Of a stretch of DNA of 64,000 nt, positions 1 to 7,617 are shown piece by piece. The notes under the pieces are model-generated. The model ran no database searches. It was not told the DNA's origin and saw only the letters and a program-made list of their open reading frames with translations. The position numbers were made by a program, and so were the translations under genes. The stretch lies in the sequence record MF360958.1. One strand, 5' to 3'. The stretch's first letter is position 1. Each line of letters opens with the position of its first letter.

Positions 1-41
1 AAATCGTAGGTTATATTACCAACAAAATAATAAATATTATT

Positions 42-1004
42 ATGAAATACTATACTGTTTATAAAATAAAAAATAAAATCAATGATAAAATTTATATAGG
101 TTGTCATAAGACTGAAAATCTCGATGATAACTATATGGGATCTGGTATATATTTACGAAGGGCCATAGACAAATATGGTATAGATAATTTTGAAAAACGC
201 ATTATGTTTGTATATGACAATCCATATGATATGTTTTCAAAGGAGGCAGAAATAGTTACCGAGAGCTTTGTAGAAAGAAAAGATAATTATAATTTAAAAA
301 TTGGAGGCATGGGTGGATTTGATTATATAAACAGAAATAAATTAGGATTAATTGGATTTTGGAATTATTGGAATAATTTAACCAGTGAACAATTAGAACG
401 ACATATTCAATTATCAAGACAGGGAGGATTTAAAACATTAAAAGATAGAACAGGCTTGTTTTCAAAAAAATCTATTGAAAATAGAATTTCATCTATTAGA
501 AAAAATAATGAAAATTGGACTTTTGGCGGAATGAAGCATTCCAAAAAAAGTAAAGAAAAAATGTCTAATAGTGCTAAAAAACGTTTGAAAGATCCTATGA
601 AACATTCTCAATATGGCACTATGTGGATCTATTCATTAGATGAAAAACGTGCTAAAAAAATAAAAAGAACAGATAATATACCTAATAATTGTATTGTCGG
701 ACGTAAACCTAAAAAACAAAATAACCATAATAAAAATCCTAAATGTAAAACATGTAGTAATACAACTAGCACATTTAGATCGAGGTATTGTGAAAATTGT
801 AAAAAACTTAGAAATTATCAAAGAAAAGGATATAATAAAATAGATTTTATATCTAGAAAGCATAATATAATTGAAGGAAGTGTATCAAAAAATAAAGATT
901 TTATTAAAGAATGTATTTCTAACAATATTCCAAAAAATAATATTTTAAAATTTTTAAATTGTAATAATTCAGGAGGAAATTATAATATTATTAAAAATTT
1001 ATAA
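42..1004 (+). CDS. GIY-YIG (Seg-like) free-standing homing endonuclease with NUMOD3 motif and C-terminal Cys cluster
   Basis: N-terminal YTVYKIKNKINDKIYIG, YMGSG and YNLKIGG motifs; NUMOD3-like KHSKKSKEKMS; CxxC...CxxC near the C-terminus. Confidence 0.9.
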   Translation: MKYYTVYKIKNKINDKIYIGCHKTENLDDNYMGSGIYLRRAIDKYGIDNFEKRIMFVYDNPYDMFSKEAEIVTESFVERKDNYNLKIGGMGGFDYINRNKLGLIGFWNYWNNLTSEQLERHIQLSRQGGFKTLKDRTGLFSKKSIENRISSIRKNNENWTFGGMKHSKKSKEKMSNSAKKRLKDPMKHSQYGTMWIYSLDEKRAKKIKRTDNIPNNCIVGRKPKKQNNHNKNPKCKTCSNTTSTFRSRYCENCKKLRNYQRKGYNKIDFISRKHNIIEGSVSKNKDFIKECISNNIPKNNILKFLNCNNSGGNYNIIKNL

Positions 1005-1040
1005 TTTAATATAAAAACCACGATAATTAAATTATAAATA

Positions 1041-1295
1041 TTAACAAAGTTTATCTTTGATTGATTTAATACAAAGAAGTTCTATCTTAGCTTTACTAAT
1101 GCGTACACATTTTTCATAAATTTCTTCTTCGGTTAAACTATAACCTGAAGTTAAATTTTCCGGTTCTAAATCTTTTTCAATCAATTCAGAAAGTTTATCG
1201 CATTCTTCCTTGTTAGGAATATATGAAAATTCTGGCTCATCAAGAAGATCTCTCGCAATGTTCTTCTTAGTAATATATCGTTCAAGATATGTCAT
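1041..1295 (-). CDS. hypothetical protein
   Basis: 84-aa ORF with AAGGA RBS; no recognisable motif. Confidence 0.6.
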   Translation of the reverse strand: MTYLERYITKKNIARDLLDEPEFSYIPNKEECDKLSELIEKDLEPENLTSGYSLTEEEIYEKCVRISKAKIELLCIKSIKDKLC

Positions 1296-1384
1296 ACAAA
1301 TTTCCTTAGCCTTTTAATGAAAAATTTATTGAAATATGAAATCTATTTTGCTATAATATAATTATTGTTAAGGAGGTATAGAAA

Positions 1385-1603
1385 ATGTCTGTTGTAAAAG
1401 TACGTAATACTCAAAAATTTCAAAGATGGTTTAAGAAAAACACACCTACTGCCTCAAAAATTATCAATTATGATTACAAAAATAACATTCAGTATGTTAT
1501 CATTGACCTGAATTATTATGGAACAAGCATGGGAAATGAAATTGAAGCTTCTAAAAAAATTAGAACAATTGTTTCTGATTTTAAAGGTAAAAAAGTAAAA
1601 TAA
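1385..1603 (+). CDS. hypothetical protein
   Basis: AAGGAGG RBS and upstream TATAAT. Confidence 0.7.
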   Translation: MSVVKVRNTQKFQRWFKKNTPTASKIINYDYKNNIQYVIIDLNYYGTSMGNEIEASKKIRTIVSDFKGKKVK

Positions 1604-1631
1604 CATTTAATTATTAATCAAGGGGTTAAAT

Positions 1632-2015
1632 ATGTCATATCTTATTATTACTAGTATGTTGTGTCTTATTGTTAGTAATATCTTGCTGATTATAGCGATT
1701 ATTAGATTAAATGATAATAAAAAGAATGTGGATACTTTTACTTTTACACATACTTGTACACAACATCCCGTAATAGTTACGGATAAAGATGGAAATGTAT
1801 ATTTCGAAAAACATAATAATACAATAACTAAAGTTGATCCAGATGGATACGAAATTTGGTCTTATGATGGACACACAAATAGAGTTCGAAACATAGAGAT
1901 AGATCAATTCGGTAATGTGTATAGTGTGAGTGATGATGAAACTATTCGTAAAGTAGATTCATGTGGAAATGAACTATGGACCTATATAGTGAGAAATATC
2001 AATTCGCCAGAATGA
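1632..2015 (+). CDS. membrane-anchored protein with about two beta-propeller blades homologous to the C-terminal repeats of the 3456-aa tail protein
   Basis: Hydrophobic N-terminal helix; KVDPDGYEIWSYDGHTNRV..IDQFGNVYSVSDDETIRKVD matches KIDSRGNEVWKFTGHTDYV..VDASGYIYSGSDDETVRNLD. Confidence 0.75.
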   Translation: MSYLIITSMLCLIVSNILLIIAIIRLNDNKKNVDTFTFTHTCTQHPVIVTDKDGNVYFEKHNNTITKVDPDGYEIWSYDGHTNRVRNIEIDQFGNVYSVSDDETIRKVDSCGNELWTYIVRNINSPE

Positions 2016-2055
2016 ATTGTATTAATTTAAAGTAAAATCAGCCGAGGTTATAGTT

Positions 2056-2433
2056 ATGTCTTTTATTGATGAAGTAAAACAAATTGTAGGGAAGTGTTCT
2101 TATAAGCCCGGATGGGAAATTATGGTTAAAGAGCATGAAACTCGTGGTGTTTATATTCAACTGCATAACACTCAGGGTATGTGTTCTATCACAAGTGAAC
2201 ATCAACCATGGGTAAGTGGTAAGCGTTATCTCAGTGAATTTATGTGCCGCCAAGAAATTGTTGGAGTAGTATTTGCACTTATTAAAGATGCTGAGCTTCA
2301 TGAAATTCATGAATGGTTTCGTTATAAAGGACGTAGTATTTATAATCCTCATCTCGATCCTGACAAACTTGCCGAAGTAGCAAGTAAAAAGGAATCGTTT
2401 GTAACACGAGATGATTCCATGACAAATGCGTAA
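2056..2433 (+). CDS. phage hypothetical protein
   Basis: GAGG RBS; YKPGW...HEIHEWFRYKG pattern typical of a phage family. Confidence 0.7.
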   Translation: MSFIDEVKQIVGKCSYKPGWEIMVKEHETRGVYIQLHNTQGMCSITSEHQPWVSGKRYLSEFMCRQEIVGVVFALIKDAELHEIHEWFRYKGRSIYNPHLDPDKLAEVASKKESFVTRDDSMTNA

Positions 2434-2468
2434 CAATTGAAATATAACTAGTTTTTTGGGAGAAAAAC

Positions 2469-2786
2469 ATGGCTGAGAAATTTAATTCTGAAAAAGATGT
2501 ACACACTGAACACTGTTGTATCCAACATGGATGTAAGTATTGTGATGATGATTGTCCTGTTGTAAACGGTATAAAGACACAAAGTTTTGAATGTGAAGAC
2601 TGCGACCACGATTCGGATTTTGCTTATGAACAAGCTATTGATTTTGCTATCGAACTTGATAATAAAGAAGGTATAGAATTTTTGAAAAGTCTCCGATCTG
2701 AAGATTTTTCTGTTGTTAAATCACGATATCCTTCTTTCTCACAAAAGCTAGGATCTTCGTTTTTTAATAATGAATGGAAATATTGA
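2469..2786 (+). CDS. hypothetical Cys-rich protein
   Basis: HTEHCCIQHGCKYCDDDCPV cluster; GGAGA RBS. Confidence 0.7.
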   Translation: MAEKFNSEKDVHTEHCCIQHGCKYCDDDCPVVNGIKTQSFECEDCDHDSDFAYEQAIDFAIELDNKEGIEFLKSLRSEDFSVVKSRYPSFSQKLGSSFFNNEWKY

Positions 2787-2834
2787 AATAAAATTTATAT
2801 TTTGTTATAATTACATTATTGTTTTAAAGGAGAT

Positions 2835-3185
2835 ATGAATATGGTTAAAATGCAAATTAGTGGTTGTTATCATTATGTAATTTTCTATGTTACAAACAAA
2901 GAAGAAAATCGAATTGATGCTGTGATTTACGGATTCGATAATGCAACTGATATGCGTGAAGATCAATGCAGTGATGAACAAAAACTGAAAATGCTTCGAG
3001 ATTTGAAAGTTGATCCCGAGTACTTTTTCCAGTATGATTGTGATAATGGTGAAATGAGTATTCATAATTATAATCATGTTCGTGGCAACACCGTTTTGAA
3101 AAGTAGGGAGCATGTTCGGTATTTTTCTGAGATGCTTGAAGACTGCTACGATGAATTTGTTGAGATTCATGAAAATAATTTTTAG
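2835..3185 (+). CDS. hypothetical protein
   Basis: AAGGAG RBS, phage-like codon usage. Confidence 0.7.
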   Translation: MNMVKMQISGCYHYVIFYVTNKEENRIDAVIYGFDNATDMREDQCSDEQKLKMLRDLKVDPEYFFQYDCDNGEMSIHNYNHVRGNTVLKSREHVRYFSEMLEDCYDEFVEIHENNF

Positions 3186-3194
3186 GAGAATAAA

Positions 3195-3392
3195 ATGAGA
3201 AAATTAGCCCCAACAACAGGCGCAATTAGAACTGTGAAACGTTTTCAATTTTTACCCAAAACGTTACCTACTCGTATGTATAATGACAGCCATAGGGCAT
3301 ACTACACACGTTATCTAGAATTCGTTAAAGTAAAACAAAAATGTTTTAATATTAAAGATGGTTGGGAAGATGATAAATGGTATGATGTATAA
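3195..3392 (+). CDS. hypothetical protein; 3' half duplicated at 4127-4210
   Basis: AGGAG RBS; the duplicate keeps the same frame and stop. Confidence 0.65.
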   Translation: MRKLAPTTGAIRTVKRFQFLPKTLPTRMYNDSHRAYYTRYLEFVKVKQKCFNIKDGWEDDKWYDV

Positions 3393-3601
3393 GGTATTGC
3401 TATAGAGTATCTAAGTTTAATACCTACATTGATTATTTTTCTATTATCAGCTTATTTCTTTTATTTACAAGAGAAGAGCCTGACACATGATGATTCAATT
3501 CATTTCTTGTCTTGGGTACATCTACGATATTATTTGTGTTAGGATGGATATCATTATTTTGTGCATCCTTACTTTTGATTTTATTATAAGAGGAAAAATA
3601 A

Positions 3602-4105
3602 ATGAAAGATAAAAAAACTGGAATGGGAAGTCACCAATCAGCACATATGAAAACTGATGAATGGTTAACCCCTCCTTAAATTATTGAAAGTTTAGGCGAA
3701 TTTGACCTAGACCCTTGTAGCCCCGGAGATAGAAGACCGTGGGATATGGCAAAAAATCATTATGGACTTCCTGAAAAGGATGGACTTGTAGAACCTTGGT
3801 TTGGTAGAGTATGGTGCAATCCGCCGTATGGCAGGGATACTATCAAATGGATGAATAAATTATGCGAACATGGAAATGGAATAGCTCTGATTTTTGCCAG
3901 AACAGAAACATCCATGTTTTTTGATACTGTTTGGGATAAAGCCGATGCAGTTTTCTTTTTTAGAGGAAGACTTTATTTTAGAGACATTTTTGGTAATAAA
4001 GCTAAAGCTAATGCGGGAGCACCTTCCTGTTTAGTTGCATATGGAAATAATAATGTTTTATCTTTAGAAAAAAGCAATTTAGATGGAAAATTAATTTTAT
4101 TATAA
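3602..4105 (+). pseudogene. phage N6-adenine DNA methyltransferase (Dam-like) interrupted by an in-frame TAA at 3677-3679
   Basis: ATG 3602 frame reads TDEWLTPP*IIESLGEFDLDPC and continues into the VWCNPPYG catalytic motif and ARTET. Confidence 0.85.
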
Positions 4106-4413
4106 GAGGAAAAAATTTACATTATACGATTTCTTGAATTCGTTAAAGTAAAACAGAAATGTTTTAATACTAAAGATGATTGGGAAGACATTCAATGGGC
4201 TGATGTTTAAGGTGGTATTATGAAATATTTAATATTCTTACCACTAATACTTATCTTCTTGATAAGCTATTATTTTTTAAAGAAATGCAAACAAAGTACA
4301 TCAACGTATAAAGCTGTGAATAATATAGGACATGCAACTATCGTTTTCGTCCTTGGATTATTGTATTTTGTTTGCTGTATATTGCTAGTATTAGGTTAAT
4401 AAGGGGATTATTT

Positions 4414-4833
4414 ATGTATGTCAATTTTGAAGATTTAAATGATCATATTGGGCAAGTTGTTTATATGAACAATAAGCCCGAAGAAATTTATGAAATTGTA
4501 TCAGTTAACGAAGTCGTTAATGATATTAAAGTTATTTTTAATATTAGCAATAAACAAAGTCATAACACTCTAAGCTCTAATTTTCATCTCAAAGACTTTA
4601 ACAGTCTTATCCAAAACACCGAAGATGATCTTGAACATTATAAAAATCTGAAAAAAATGTTTACAGGGTGGCATGTTGATCTTTTAGATACTTATATTTA
4701 TACATATATTAATACAGAAGTTTTAGGATTTGAAAAAAATAAAACTGAAAATGGAAGTGATGAACCTATTCCTCAAATTACAAAAGAATCTTTCATTAAT
4801 AAATTTAAAGATATTATAAAATGGTGGAAGTAA
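4414..4833 (+). CDS. hypothetical protein
   Basis: Start moved to MYVNFED, downstream of AAGGGG RBS. Confidence 0.6.
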   Translation: MYVNFEDLNDHIGQVVYMNNKPEEIYEIVSVNEVVNDIKVIFNISNKQSHNTLSSNFHLKDFNSLIQNTEDDLEHYKNLKKMFTGWHVDLLDTYIYTYINTEVLGFEKNKTENGSDEPIPQITKESFINKFKDIIKWWK

Positions 4834-4913
4834 ATATGGACTTTATTACTTTTATTCAATGTATTAATATTTTAGATGGTCTTATTTTCGGATTTTTAAC
4901 TTTTGAAACCCTA

Positions 4914-4942
4914 TTGACATTAACTTAATAATATATTATCAT
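4914..4942 (+). promoter_or_regulatory. sigma70-type promoter upstream of the 278-nt tRNA-like RNA
   Basis: TTGACA(4914-4919)-N17-TATCAT(4937-4942). Confidence 0.7.
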
Positions 4943-5011
4943 GTTTATATGTTGTGGCATGGCGGGTAAGCCCTCAAGATACTTTTAAATGCTTGGAAAC
5001 CGCCTTATAAT

Positions 5012-5289
5012 CTGCTAGTAATGCTCAAAGCGAAAGGGATAGTTTAAAACACTCTCATACTAATATGATCGTGGAAGAAAAATGGTAACATAAAGCAACG
5101 ACCATGTTTAGGGTATCACCCCGCCGACCAGAGCGTATCTGGCAGGCTTTATGGTGACATTGGACTGAAGTGATCAGAATGTGTGATGAAGATTCAAATT
5201 TGAACGAGTAGCGTGGTAGAGCTTGCGCGACACCCTAAACATGGTCTTTTACGCGCAGGTTGATGGTTCGAGTCCATCCTAGCAGGCCA
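5012..5289 (+). ncRNA. 278-nt tRNA-scaffolded ncRNA with ~190-nt D-loop insertion and 22-nt anticodon-position loop
   Basis: Acceptor CTGCTAG(5012-5018)/CTAGCAG(5279-5285)+G+CCA; T-arm GATGG-TTCGAGT-CCATC; D-stem GCTC(5023-5026)/GAGC(5219-5222); stem GCGCG/CGCGC; variable loop AGGTT. Confidence 0.8.
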
Positions 5290-5309
5290 AATTTATTATG
5301 GAGTGATTT

Positions 5310-5672
5310 ATGATAATATTTTTTATTATTTTATTACTGTGTATATTAGTTGCACTGGTTGTAAAAAAGAACAATAAAAAAAGTGAAGTTCTTTTAGATT
5401 GTAGTAATGAAAAATGCCAATGGAATAATAATCAACCATGCCCTTATAAACTAACTAGATGTGATGATGGTAATAATGGATATAGAAGAAAAGTAGAAGG
5501 AATAAACGAATGTTGCAAAACTAGACAAACTAGAGTTAAAATGGCTAAGATAATTTTAGATAACAAAATAGAGACTAGAGGCACACAGATAATTAAAAAT
5601 TCTAAACAAGTATTCGAAAGACATAAACAAGATTATCCAGAAGAACATAAATTTCTATTTGGATTAAAATAA
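5310..5672 (+). CDS. hypothetical protein with N-terminal membrane anchor and Cys motifs
   Basis: Hydrophobic first ~18 aa; GGAG RBS. Confidence 0.65.
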   Translation: MIIFFIILLLCILVALVVKKNNKKSEVLLDCSNEKCQWNNNQPCPYKLTRCDDGNNGYRRKVEGINECCKTRQTRVKMAKIILDNKIETRGTQIIKNSKQVFERHKQDYPEEHKFLFGLK

Positions 5673-6123
5673 ATTTGACTATTAAGAATCGAACCTTCAT
5701 ACTGTATAGAACAAATAGGACTTAATTATGAAAGTAGTTTTCACAATATTAACACTCTTCCTGTTCTTTTTTGGAATGAGTATGTTTGGATTCTATGTTG
5801 AATATGACTCATTTGCAGCCATTGATGCTCAGCATTTTGTTCAATCCTGTCTTATAGCTGTAGTGGGTCTTTTATTTTCATGGCTAGTAAGTGCTATATT
5901 TTAAAACTATAATTAGGATATAAATATGTCAGATGTATTAACAATTTTTTGTTTCGGAGACTCCATGACAGCAACTGAATGGTCTATAAATAATGTTAAT
6001 AAAGGGGAATTTATTAGTTCAATATTTATATCATTTGTAGCAACTTGTTTTGTCTGGGAAACACTGTTAGAAGATTATTCTAAATACGTTGATAAAGATT
6101 AAAAAATCAACATCAAAAAATTC

Positions 6124-6160
6124 TTGACAATTGAGCATTTTTTCAGTAACATTATAAATA
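6124..6160 (+). promoter_or_regulatory. tandem sigma70 and T4-late-like promoter of the leader/tRNA operon
   Basis: TTGACA(6124-6129)-N17-TAACAT(6147-6152), followed by TATAAATA(6153-6160). Confidence 0.75.
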
Positions 6161-6196
6161 AGATAAACAAACGAATTAAACATTAAGGTAATTATT

Positions 6197-6283
6197 ATGC
6201 GTACTAACACAACAGTTAATCAGTATCAACTACAACAACTACCACTGGTTCTCTATCCCTATAATGGAGGGAAGGGCTGTTGA
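6197..6283 (+). CDS. attenuator leader peptide MRTNTTVNQYQLQQLPLVLYPYNGGKGC (28 aa; below the ORF-track cutoff)
   Basis: AAGGT RBS 7 nt upstream of ATG; control codons CAG TAT CAA CTA CAA CAA CTA CCA CTG GTT CTC TAT CCC TAT; the 3' end encodes attenuator segments 1 and 2. Confidence 0.85.
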   Translation: MRTNTTVNQYQLQQLPLVLYPYNGGKGC

Positions 6284-6345
6284 CGTGCGTGTAATATAAA
6301 CATGCAACGAATTCAAAAAGCCCTTCCAATTGGAAGGGCTTTTTT
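6251..6345 (+). promoter_or_regulatory. transcription attenuator: protector 1:2, antiterminator 2:3, terminator 3:4
   Basis: 1:2 CTCT-a-TCCCT(6251-6260)/AGGGAAGGG(6268-6276); 2:3 GGAAGGGCT(6270-6278)/AGCCCTTCC(6319-6327); 3:4 AAAAAGCCCTTCCA/TGGAAGGGCTTTTT plus U-run. Confidence 0.85.
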
Positions 6346-6365
6346 ATTGGGTTTTAGAAAATTTC

Positions 6366-6450
6366 GGGGATGTGGTGGAATTGGGATACACGGTTGCCTT
6401 AGAAGTAACTGCCTTCGGGCTTGGGAGTTCGAGTCTCCCCATCCCCACCA
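6366..6450 (+). tRNA. tRNA-Leu(TAG)
   Basis: GGGGATG/CATCCCC acceptor, GTTGC-CTTAGAA-GTAAC anticodon arm, long variable arm, encoded CCA. Confidence 0.95.
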
Positions 6451-6490
6451 AAACAATTGAGAAAGAAAGAAGTATAGAGAAATAAAGAAA

Positions 6491-7018
6491 ATGATAAAAG
6501 AAGAAGAAATTTGGAAAGATGTTGATGATTATCCAGAATATTTTATGATCAGTTCTTTTGGTAGAGTATGGTCGAAAAGAACTAATAAAATATTAAAGCA
6601 AACAATTGGAAAAACAGGTTATCCAGTAATATCTTCTAAAATAGGTGGTAGAAAAGGTAAATCAATTTGTAAAAAAGTTCATCGTTGGGTTGCTAATGCA
6701 TTTATAGATAATTTAAACAATAGATCCTGTGTTAATCATATCGATGGGAATAAAACGAATAATTATTGGAAAAATCTTGAATGGTGTACGTACAGTGAGA
6801 ACACAAAACATGCTTATAAGAACAATTTAATTGAAGCCAAATGTGGCGAAGAACATTCTTCATCAGTTTTAAGTTTAGATTTTATTAAACAGATAGAAAA
6901 TGAATACGTGCCATATTCTAAAACAAATGGATTAAGAGCTTTAGCAAGAAAATATAATGTAAAACATAATACATTATCAAATGCCTTAAACAATGTGAGT
7001 AAATATTACGGGAAGTAG
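6491..7018 (+). CDS. NUMOD4-HNH free-standing homing endonuclease inside the tRNA operon
   Basis: EIWKDV..Y.ISSFGRV NUMOD4; VHRWVA.AFI..VNHIDGNKTNN..NLEW HNH; last codons overlap tRNA-Pro. Confidence 0.92.
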   Translation: MIKEEEIWKDVDDYPEYFMISSFGRVWSKRTNKILKQTIGKTGYPVISSKIGGRKGKSICKKVHRWVANAFIDNLNNRSCVNHIDGNKTNNYWKNLEWCTYSENTKHAYKNNLIEAKCGEEHSSSVLSLDFIKQIENEYVPYSKTNGLRALARKYNVKHNTLSNALNNVSKYYGK

Positions 7019-7084
7019 CTCAAGTGGGAGAGCACGCGGTTTGGGACCGCGAGGTTGGGGGATCGTGACCCTCCTTCCCGACCA
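7009..7084 (+). tRNA. tRNA-Pro(TGG)
   Basis: CGGGAAG/CTTCCCG acceptor, CGCGG-TTTGGGA-CCGCG, CCA; atypical T-loop ATCGTGA. Confidence 0.92.
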
Positions 7085-7098
7085 GACATGTAAGTAGT

Positions 7099-7176
7099 AG
7101 CTGACTGAAGGGAATTGGTATACCTTTCTGATCGAGAGTCAGAAGCGTCCCGGTTCAAGTCCGGGGTCAGCTACCA
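7099..7176 (+). tRNA. atypical tRNA with anticodon GAG (Leu decoding), C33 and short variable loop
   Basis: AGCTGAC/GTCAGCT acceptor +A+CCA; AAGG/CCTT D-stem; TCTGA-TCGAGAG-TCAGA; CCCGG-TTCAAGT-CCGGG. Confidence 0.75.
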
Positions 7177-7190
7177 ACATTTAGGAAAAT

Positions 7191-7276
7191 GGAGCGGCTG
7201 GGCACACTAGGGGAGCCCATCGGACTGTAAATTCGACGCGAAAGCTGTATAGGTTCGACTCCTATCCGCTCCACCA
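7191..7276 (+). tRNA. tRNA-Tyr(GTA)
   Basis: GGAGCGG/CCGCTCC acceptor, TCGGA-CTGTAAA-TTCGA, variable arm, CCA. Confidence 0.93.
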
Positions 7277-7317
7277 TTTTTTAATAGCATTATTGTTAAT
7301 AATGCTATTGCAGAGTT

Positions 7318-7472
7318 TAGGATGTAGCTGACATTGGTATAGGCGCATGGGTGGTTGACCATGTTGAGGATTACGCAACGGTAACAGGTTAGTGGCAATA
7401 TACTAGTTAAGTTGGCATTGATACTACCAATACGCGCCTCACTTGTGGGTTCGATTCCCACCATCCTAACCA
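7318..7472 (+). ncRNA. 155-nt tRNA-like RNA with 8-nt anticodon loop and ~80-nt variable region
   Basis: TAGGATG/CATCCTA+A+CCA; T-arm GTGGG-TTCGATT-CCCAC; CATGG-GTGGTTGA-CCATG; TGAGG(7365-7369)/CCTCA(7437-7441) closes the insertion. Confidence 0.75.
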
Positions 7473-7537
7473 AACATTATAGAGGTAAAATATGAAATAC
7501 CATATGGAAGAATGGGAAACAGGTTCTAAAGAATAAT

Positions 7538-7614
7538 AGGGGAGTCGCCAAGTGGTCTAAGGCGCTAGGTTTTGATCTTAGTATGCGGAAGTTCGAATCT
7601 TCCCTCCCCTGCCA
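7538..7614 (+). tRNA. tRNA-Gln(TTG)
   Basis: AGGGGAG/CTCCCCT+G+CCA; CTAGG-TTTTGAT-CTTAG. Confidence 0.93.
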
Positions 7615-7617
7615 AAC

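Noticed and set aside
5012-5289. tmRNA
   Set aside because: Lacks the G3-U70 pair and A73, has a paired D-stem, and shows no recognisable resume motif or tag ORF.
5012-5289. group I intron-containing tRNA
   Set aside because: The insertion is in the D-loop rather than the anticodon loop, I could not identify a P7/P3 core, and removing it would still leave a 22-nt anticodon loop; not formally excluded without Infernal.
7283-7309. AT-rich perfect hairpin AATAGCATTA/TAATGCTATT between tRNA-Tyr and the 155-nt RNA
   Set aside because: No downstream U-tract; more likely a processing spacer than a terminator, and function cannot be supported.
7492-7536. 14-codon ORF MKYHMEEWETGSKE with good RBS inside the tRNA operon
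   Set aside because: No linked RNA structure or codon bias; probably a gene remnant.
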